Of a DNA stretch of 13,125 bases, positions 7,823 through 13,125 are shown piece by piece. The DNA is from Bdellovibrionota bacterium (GTDB lineage Bacteria > Bdellovibrionota_C > UBA2361 > OMII01): the NCBI GenBank assembly GCA_044356215.1, contig JBIKWQ010000080.1, forward strand, positions 1 to 13,125. Direction: 5' to 3'. Made by a program: the position numbers and the translations under genes. Below the pieces are notes generated by a model, which worked only from the letters and a program-made list of their open reading frames with translations, was not told the origin of the DNA and searched no databases. The stretch's first letter is position 1, and each line of letters starts with the position of its first letter.

Positions 7823-9391
7823 ATGACGAATACCCCCTCTCCTTCTTACCTGCGCCTACATCCATCAGATAACGTAGTGGTGGTCCTTGAGGACCTGCCA
7901 GAGGGGACCAAAATTGAAAATGTTCCCGCCCGACAAACTATCAAACGTGGACACAAGGTCTGCGTCACCCCTATCGAGAAAGGCGAGATAGTCAGAAAGT
8001 ACGGACAGGTGATCGGCTGGGCCGCCACAACTATTGAGCCTGGAGATCACGTGCACACCCACAATGTTGAGCTGCACAAGCTCAGCATGGATTACGAATA
8101 TGCCACAGAGAAACCAGCTATCCCCGCGCTGCCTGAATGGGCGAAAGATCGCACATTCATGGGCTACCCACGTGAAGATGGCAGAGTAGGAACGCGTAAC
8201 TACATCTTGATCGCCAGCACAGTGAACTGCTCAGCCACCGTTGTTCGTGGAATCGCTAACGCCGTAAAGCCACTCCTCGCCAACTATCCGAACGTCGATG
8301 GAGTTTTAGCTATTACCCACAAAACTGGGTGCGGAATAGTTTATGGCACACCACAGCACGATCAGTTCGCCCGAGTTATCGCTGGTTACGCAAAACATCC
8401 TAACGTCTCACGGTGTCTAATGATCGGCCTGGGGTGTGAGGTTGGAGGGATTCCATACCTCTCTGGAAACAAGGACTTCGTCCCAGAAGCAGCGATACGC
8501 AAAAGCGCCTCTGGAGAAGGAATAAAGCGCGGTCGCGTAGAGGCATTCACTATGCAGGATGTTGGCGGTACCCGCAAAGCTATTGAGATGGGCGTCGCTG
8601 TTATCAAAGAGTGGTTGCCAGAGGTAAACTCCCTAAAGCGAGTGGCTACTCCGATATCTAAGTTAATCCTAGGCACAAACTGCGGAGGTTCAGATGGCTA
8701 CTCTGGTCTCACAGCGAATCCGATGGTAGGCGAAGTCGTTGATATACTAGCAGCCGCTGGCGCTACTGGAATCCTAGCGGAGACACCAGAGACCTTTGGT
8801 GCTCACCATCTCTTCGCTAAAAGAGCGGCCAACCGCGAGGTGGGACGGAAATTAATCGATAAGATCGAGTGGTGGGAGCAGTACACCGCTAAATTCGGCG
8901 CTTCGTGTGATGGCAACCCCTCCTCTGGAAACAAAGAGGGTGGCCTAACAACCATATTAGAGAAATCACTCGGTGCGGCGATGAAGGGCGGATCAACAAC
9001 TTTAAACGCCGTGTATGACTACGGCGAAAGTGTTGAGATGGGGAAAGGCTTCGTATTTATGGATACACCGGGGCTTGATCCAACATCGGTCACAGGAATT
9101 ATGGCTGGTGGTGCTAACGTAATTGTATTCACCACTGGCCGCGGAAGCTGTTTTGGATCTAAACCAGCTCCTACCATCAAGGTGGCGACAAATACCCCGA
9201 TGTACAATCGAATGATTGATGACATGGATATCAACGCTGGCTGCATCATTGATGGAACTCCGAGGTCAGAGGTGGCTAAGGAGCTCTTTGAGATGATCTT
9301 GGCCGTCGCTAGTGGAGAGAAGTCAAAGAGCGAGGCGTTCGGATACGGCGATGAGGAGTTCGCGCCTTGGGATATCGGACCAACGATGTAA
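7823..9391 (+). CDS. UxaA/GarD family sugar-acid dehydratase (altronate dehydratase family) with fused N-terminal SAF domain
   Basis: SAF: LHPSDNVVV, GHKV, VRKYGQVIG, GDHVHTHNV. Catalytic region: FMGYPREDGRVGTRNY, TVNCS, GLGCE, CGGSDGYSGLTANP, NPSSGNKEGGLTTILEKSLG, FMDTPG, FTTGRG, DMDINAG. Confidence 0.95.
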   Translation: MTNTPSPSYLRLHPSDNVVVVLEDLPEGTKIENVPARQTIKRGHKVCVTPIEKGEIVRKYGQVIGWAATTIEPGDHVHTHNVELHKLSMDYEYATEKPAIPALPEWAKDRTFMGYPREDGRVGTRNYILIASTVNCSATVVRGIANAVKPLLANYPNVDGVLAITHKTGCGIVYGTPQHDQFARVIAGYAKHPNVSRCLMIGLGCEVGGIPYLSGNKDFVPEAAIRKSASGEGIKRGRVEAFTMQDVGGTRKAIEMGVAVIKEWLPEVNSLKRVATPISKLILGTNCGGSDGYSGLTANPMVGEVVDILAAAGATGILAETPETFGAHHLFAKRAANREVGRKLIDKIEWWEQYTAKFGASCDGNPSSGNKEGGLTTILEKSLGAAMKGGSTTLNAVYDYGESVEMGKGFVFMDTPGLDPTSVTGIMAGGANVIVFTTGRGSCFGSKPAPTIKVATNTPMYNRMIDDMDINAGCIIDGTPRSEVAKELFEMILAVASGEKSKSEAFGYGDEEFAPWDIGPTM

Positions 9392-9429
9392 ACAAAATTT
9401 CATTTAACCAAGAGAGTACAAGGATATTT

Positions 9430-10194
9430 ATGAGCACTAATTTAAAGCGATTTGAGGGACAAACGGCTATCGTTACAGGAGGAGCTAAAGGGATCGGCAA
9501 GGCTGTAGTTGAGAGACTCGCGGCTGAGGGAGCGGCTGTAACAATTTTCGACAACGATCAGGGTGCCATGAGCGAGTTTTGCGCCGCTGGAGCGGCAAAA
9601 GGCGCGCTCATAGAAGGTCTCCGTGTTGATATCACCGACGAAGCCGCGGTTCAAAACGCGATCGGCGAGGTAGCCTCAAAGTATTCTCGATTAGACGTAA
9701 TGGTAAATAGCGCTGGGATCATCGGGCCAAACGGAGTCAAGATCCACGAGGTCGCGGTGACCGATTTTAAGAAAACGATCGAGGTTAATCTAATCGGCTC
9801 CTTTCTTATGACCAAGCACTCGATACCGCACATGTTAAAGCGCGGCTACGGCAGAATTCTTCTAATAGCCTCTGTTGCCGGCAAGGAAGGTAATCCAAAG
9901 ATGGTGAGCTACTCATCAAGCAAAGGTGGAGTTATAGCGCTCGCTCGCGCCGCCGCAAAAGAGTACGCTGATGCTGGAATTACAGTTAACGCCCTCTGCC
10001 CAGCCACAGTTTTAACTCCTATGGTTGAGTCGATGGATCCAAAGGTGGTTGAGTACATGAAGAGCAAGATCCCAATGGGTAGGTTTGGAACTCTTGAAGA
10101 GGTTGCCTCGGTAACCGCCTTCTATGTTTCTCCAGAGGCTAGTTTCATCACGGCGCAAGCTCTCGACCACACCGGAGGAAGAGCTGTTTCGTAA
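9430..10194 (+). CDS. Short-chain dehydrogenase/reductase; resembles 2-keto-3-deoxy-L-rhamnonate 4-dehydrogenase (LRA5-type)
   Basis: TGGAKGIG, VNSAGIIGPN, GYGRILLIASVAGKEGNP...YSSSK, YMKSKIPMGRFG, GGRA C-terminus. Start moved from 9367 to the ATG at 9430, which follows SD AAGGA and avoids overlap with the upstream gene. Confidence 0.9.
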   Translation: MSTNLKRFEGQTAIVTGGAKGIGKAVVERLAAEGAAVTIFDNDQGAMSEFCAAGAAKGALIEGLRVDITDEAAVQNAIGEVASKYSRLDVMVNSAGIIGPNGVKIHEVAVTDFKKTIEVNLIGSFLMTKHSIPHMLKRGYGRILLIASVAGKEGNPKMVSYSSSKGGVIALARAAAKEYADAGITVNALCPATVLTPMVESMDPKVVEYMKSKIPMGRFGTLEEVASVTAFYVSPEASFITAQALDHTGGRAVS

Positions 10195-10250
10195 ACCCAA
10201 GAGCTTGAGGCCTAGCGGCCTGTATTTAAGTGATATTTTGGAGAATAGCT

Positions 10251-11111
10251 ATGAAACTAATTCGATGCGGAGAGGTAGGAAAGGAGAAACCGGGAGTACT
10301 TCTACCAGATGGAACTAAACTCGATGTCTCATCTTTTGGTTTAGACTACAACGAGGAGTTCTTCGCTTCAGATGGGATCGCACGTTTAAGTCAGTGGCTT
10401 GAGGTAAACCGATCAAAATGCCCTAGCTTTGCCCCTGACACCCGTTTTGGTCCGTGTGTTTGTCGTCCTAGTAAGATCATCTGTGTCGGCTTAAATTTTC
10501 GCGACCACGCCGCTGAATCCGGATTAGAGCTCCCAAAAGAGCCGGTAATATTCTTTAAGGCAACAACTGCTCTTATTGGACCAAACGACGATGTTACGAT
10601 CCCAAAGAATTCCGAGAAAACCGACTGGGAAGTTGAGCTGGCTGTGGTGATCGGCAAGCGCGCTTCTTATGTTGAGGAGCGTGACGCTTTAAAATACATC
10701 GCCGGATACGCGCTGCATAACGACTACAGCGAGAGAGCTTTTCAGATAGAGCGCTCAGGTCAGTGGGTTAAAGGCAAGAGCTGCGATACCTTCGCCCCTC
10801 TTGGTCCAGTTATGGCGACTCAGGACGAGGTCCCAGATGTGAACAACTTGAAGATGTGGCTAACTGTAAACGGAAAGACTATGCAAAACGGCACATCCGC
10901 GGACATGGTCTTTAAGGTGCCATTCCTGGTTAGTTATATTAGCCAATTCATGACCTTACTACCTGGGGATGTGATCAGCACAGGAACACCTGCTGGGGTT
11001 GGATTTGGGTTTAAGCCTCAGATCTATCTTAAGAACGGCGACGTTGTGAAACTGGGAATAGATTATTTAGGAGAGTCTCAGCAACAACTAGTTAGCTACG
11101 GAGGCAAGTAG
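10251..11111 (+). CDS. Fumarylacetoacetate hydrolase family protein; probable 2,4-diketo-3-deoxy-L-fuconate/rhamnonate hydrolase
   Basis: PSKIICVGLNFRDHAAE, PKEPVIFFK, TDWEVELAVVIGK, NDYSERAFQIERSGQWVKGKSCDTFAPLGP, LLPGDVISTGTPAGVG. Start set at the ATG at 10251 after SD GGAGA (10240-10244). Confidence 0.94.
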   Translation: MKLIRCGEVGKEKPGVLLPDGTKLDVSSFGLDYNEEFFASDGIARLSQWLEVNRSKCPSFAPDTRFGPCVCRPSKIICVGLNFRDHAAESGLELPKEPVIFFKATTALIGPNDDVTIPKNSEKTDWEVELAVVIGKRASYVEERDALKYIAGYALHNDYSERAFQIERSGQWVKGKSCDTFAPLGPVMATQDEVPDVNNLKMWLTVNGKTMQNGTSADMVFKVPFLVSYISQFMTLLPGDVISTGTPAGVGFGFKPQIYLKNGDVVKLGIDYLGESQQQLVSYGGK

Positions 11112-12070
11112 TGTTCATCGAAAGCAGCCTTAAAGAAGGCGCGCATGCAAGACGGCAGATACCGGCAGCTCTGATTGAAGCTCTTGTTAAAGCAAATCGT
11201 GAGGGCGTAACAGATCTTACAGTGGCGGTGCTTGATCAATTAGCGCCAACCGTTGAACTGGTCCATCGCAAACAGCGCAATGCTCTGTCGCTTGAGGCGA
11301 TGCATATGCCAACGATCCCGGACGCTATTCGCAGCCTCTGCTACATAGCGCCGCCAGCTTCTATCGAGAGTCCGGTCGTCACAATGGCCCCGGATAAAGC
11401 AGATCACCGCACCTTTCCACCCGAGACAATACTAAACCAGTGGCGTGAATGCATAGACACGTCCTGCAACGGAAACATGTGGCATAGCTGGTTAGGGGTA
11501 AAATTAGGATCAGTCGCGCGCGTCGATGGATACCGCCTTGCGGCCATGTCACCGCTGATAATCAAAACCTGGAGCACAGAGCCATACGCCAACGTGTGGC
11601 TGCATCTAAACCCCGCCGAAAGCGAGATACTCAATAACCTACCTAAGGCAGCGCCTCCTAGGCTTATCTCCTACCTAAGCCATGCTGGGCATGGAAACGG
11701 GGTGGCGATTATTCCTGCAAGTTTCGCGGACCTGTTTAATTGCAGCGCCGAAACAGTTCGAGCTAATGGAACGGTCAGCGATATCGCCTCAGCTATAGCG
11801 CAACTCTGGAATCCAGATGCCTACATTAAGCACCCCGAAGATGCGCTTCAGAAGGGTTTTGGAATACATCACACCAGCCCGCATGCCGCGAATTTACCGG
11901 AGCTGCCAAACGGCTGGGGATCTGAATCCAATCAACAGATACTAACCGAGGGCCAGATGCAGGCAGCTCTTCGCCACGATCTAGTTGGCTTGATAGTTAT
12001 CGCCGAAGGTGGTGGCGATTCGGTGTTGCTAATGACTAACGCAATCTCTGGTCACGATGGAGGATTTTAG
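11111..12070 (+). CDS. Hypothetical protein, 319 aa, no family recognised
   Basis: Long ORF that exactly fills the space between two recognisable genes. GTG start overlaps the FAH stop (TAGTG) with SD GGAGG at 11100-11104, and its own stop abuts the next ATG. Confidence 0.8.
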   Translation: MFIESSLKEGAHARRQIPAALIEALVKANREGVTDLTVAVLDQLAPTVELVHRKQRNALSLEAMHMPTIPDAIRSLCYIAPPASIESPVVTMAPDKADHRTFPPETILNQWRECIDTSCNGNMWHSWLGVKLGSVARVDGYRLAAMSPLIIKTWSTEPYANVWLHLNPAESEILNNLPKAAPPRLISYLSHAGHGNGVAIIPASFADLFNCSAETVRANGTVSDIASAIAQLWNPDAYIKHPEDALQKGFGIHHTSPHAANLPELPNGWGSESNQQILTEGQMQAALRHDLVGLIVIAEGGGDSVLLMTNAISGHDGGF

Positions 12071-12979
12071 ATGGTCGATTCACCCTTAAAGTCTCTCGGG
12101 GTCACAAACGCAATAGATACACACGTACATCCGTGGCGGTTAACCGACCTTCCACCCGTCATTCAGGGCGCTAGAGAGGTCAGACCAGACCTGGCGCAAG
12201 ACTACTCTCCTGAGCGGATTATCGACACAGCGAAATTAAGCGGTTTTGATGGCGTGATCTTTGTGCAAGCTCGTGACTATCACGAAGATAGCGCGGCTGA
12301 GGCCCGTTTCTTTATATCCGCGGCTAAAGAGCACCCTCAAGTTTTAGGGTGTGTAATAGGAGTTGACCTACTAAACCCGTCCGCGACTGAGCAACTGCTA
12401 GGCTCCCTGGATGGCGCCAGTGTTGTTCGCGGTGGTCGGATGATTAAGCCTGAAAACGTCGGAGTTGGAATCCTCGCGGATACGCGGGCTAAAGAGACGT
12501 GCAAGCTCCTTGGGGCATCTGGCCTAAGCATGGACCTGTTAATACGTTCCAGCAATCCTGGGCAGCTAAACGAGGCGGTAGATCTCGTGAGCTGGCTCGC
12601 CACCAACACCAAGACCACCGTTATCGGCGATCACTTACTTAAGCCCACAGGAGTCGCTACCGGCACACCAAGCGCTGAATGGCTCTTAAGCCTTAGCGAG
12701 TTAGCGAAGTATCCAAACTTTTATTTAAAGCTTTCAGGCCTTCCCGGAGAGTTGCCTGAGGGGAGCGATTTTAAGCCGTTCTGGGCGTTCTACGACGCGG
12801 CCTTTGAGGCGTTCGGACCAAAGAGGCTCATGTTTGGTTCTGATTATCCTGTATCATACGGCCACTCAGCTTCAGTCAAAGCTGTCACCGATTGGTTAGT
12901 TGGTCGGGGTCTAACAGATCAAAGTACGCTTAACGCGATATTTGGCGATAATGCGCGGGTTGCTTACGGCATTATTTAG
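12071..12979 (+). CDS. Amidohydrolase family protein (COG3618-like); probable sugar lactonase (L-fuconolactonase/L-rhamnonolactonase type)
   Basis: IDTHVHPW, DYSP, VIFVQA, DHLLKP, PNFYLKLSGL, AFGPKRLMFGSDYPV, IFGDNARVAY. SD GGAGG at 12059-12063. Confidence 0.9.
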   Translation: MVDSPLKSLGVTNAIDTHVHPWRLTDLPPVIQGAREVRPDLAQDYSPERIIDTAKLSGFDGVIFVQARDYHEDSAAEARFFISAAKEHPQVLGCVIGVDLLNPSATEQLLGSLDGASVVRGGRMIKPENVGVGILADTRAKETCKLLGASGLSMDLLIRSSNPGQLNEAVDLVSWLATNTKTTVIGDHLLKPTGVATGTPSAEWLLSLSELAKYPNFYLKLSGLPGELPEGSDFKPFWAFYDAAFEAFGPKRLMFGSDYPVSYGHSASVKAVTDWLVGRGLTDQSTLNAIFGDNARVAYGII

Positions 12980-13124
12980 GCAGTGGCGAGCCAGCGACGG
13001 GGTCTTCAATTCCAAAACGCAACACCCTACTTTCAAATAGCATTATACCCCGCCATAAATTCTTAACATACCCCGCCACCCCGCTTTTTTTATTAGCCTG
13101 AGAATCGCCTTCTTTTGGTTCCTT
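12972..13124 (-). CDS. Probable 3' end of a convergent gene entering from beyond the right edge (partial)
   Basis: My own translation gives an open minus-strand frame from the window edge, KEPKEGDSQANKKSGVAGYVKNLWRGIMLFESRVLRFGIEDPVAGSPLPK*, ending at TAA 12974-12972 and overlapping the lactonase end by 8 bp. Only 50 codons are visible. Confidence 0.4.
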   Translation of the reverse strand, partial: KEPKEGDSQANKKSGVAGYVKNLWRGIMLFESRVLRFGIEDPVAGSPLPK

Positions 13125-13125
13125 G

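Noticed and set aside
9367..9429. ORF-track N-terminal extension of the second SDR
   Set aside because: It overlaps the dehydratase end and has no SDR character; the ATG at 9430 has an SD and gives a typical SDR N-terminus.
10208..10221. Small hairpin AGGCC-TAGC-GGCCT between the second SDR and the FAH gene
   Set aside because: A 5-bp stem without a proper U-tract is too weak to call a terminator.
10230..10250. ORF-track GTG start for the FAH gene
   Set aside because: The ATG at 10251 follows GGAGA at good spacing and gives a typical MKLIR.G start.
103..12618. Short alternative ORFs in the track (e.g. 103-327, 2555-2845, 4911-5120, 7116-7532, 8386-8676, 12337-12618)
   Set aside because: Nearly all are antisense or out-of-frame shadows of well-supported genes and none shows a recognisable motif; 4911-5120 is mostly intergenic but has no supporting features.
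13045..13091. Direct repeat ATACCCCGCCA (13045-13055, 13068-13078), a partial third copy and a T7 run; considered as operator, terminator, CRISPR remnant or minus-strand G-quadruplex
   Set aside because: Only two full 11-bp copies with a 12-bp spacer, no stem before the T run and long loops between G tracts. It lies within an open minus-strand frame that is probably a gene's 3' end.

Overview
Bacterial chromosomal window made up entirely of catabolic genes; I see no mobile element, CRISPR array, rRNA or tRNA. Left part: an NAD(P)-dependent aldehyde dehydrogenase (-), a divergent fused E1 alpha/beta 2-oxoacid (probably branched-chain) dehydrogenase (+) and a convergent Gfo/Idh/MocA oxidoreductase (-). 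From 5179 to 12979 there are eight co-oriented genes: a split AtuA/DUF1446 pair whose second gene is coupled to a divergent SDR, then a UxaA-family sugar-acid dehydratase, a second SDR, an FAH-family hydrolase, an unrecognised 319-aa protein and a COG3618-like sugar lactonase. The right-hand block looks like a non-phosphorylative (diketo-hydrolase type) 6-deoxyhexose pathway for L-fucose and/or L-rhamnose. It appears to carry two different 2-keto-3-deoxy-acid 4-dehydrogenase types, an embedded orphan protein and a physical link to the functionally unresolved AtuA pair. All family calls come from motif recognition by eye; no database searches were run.
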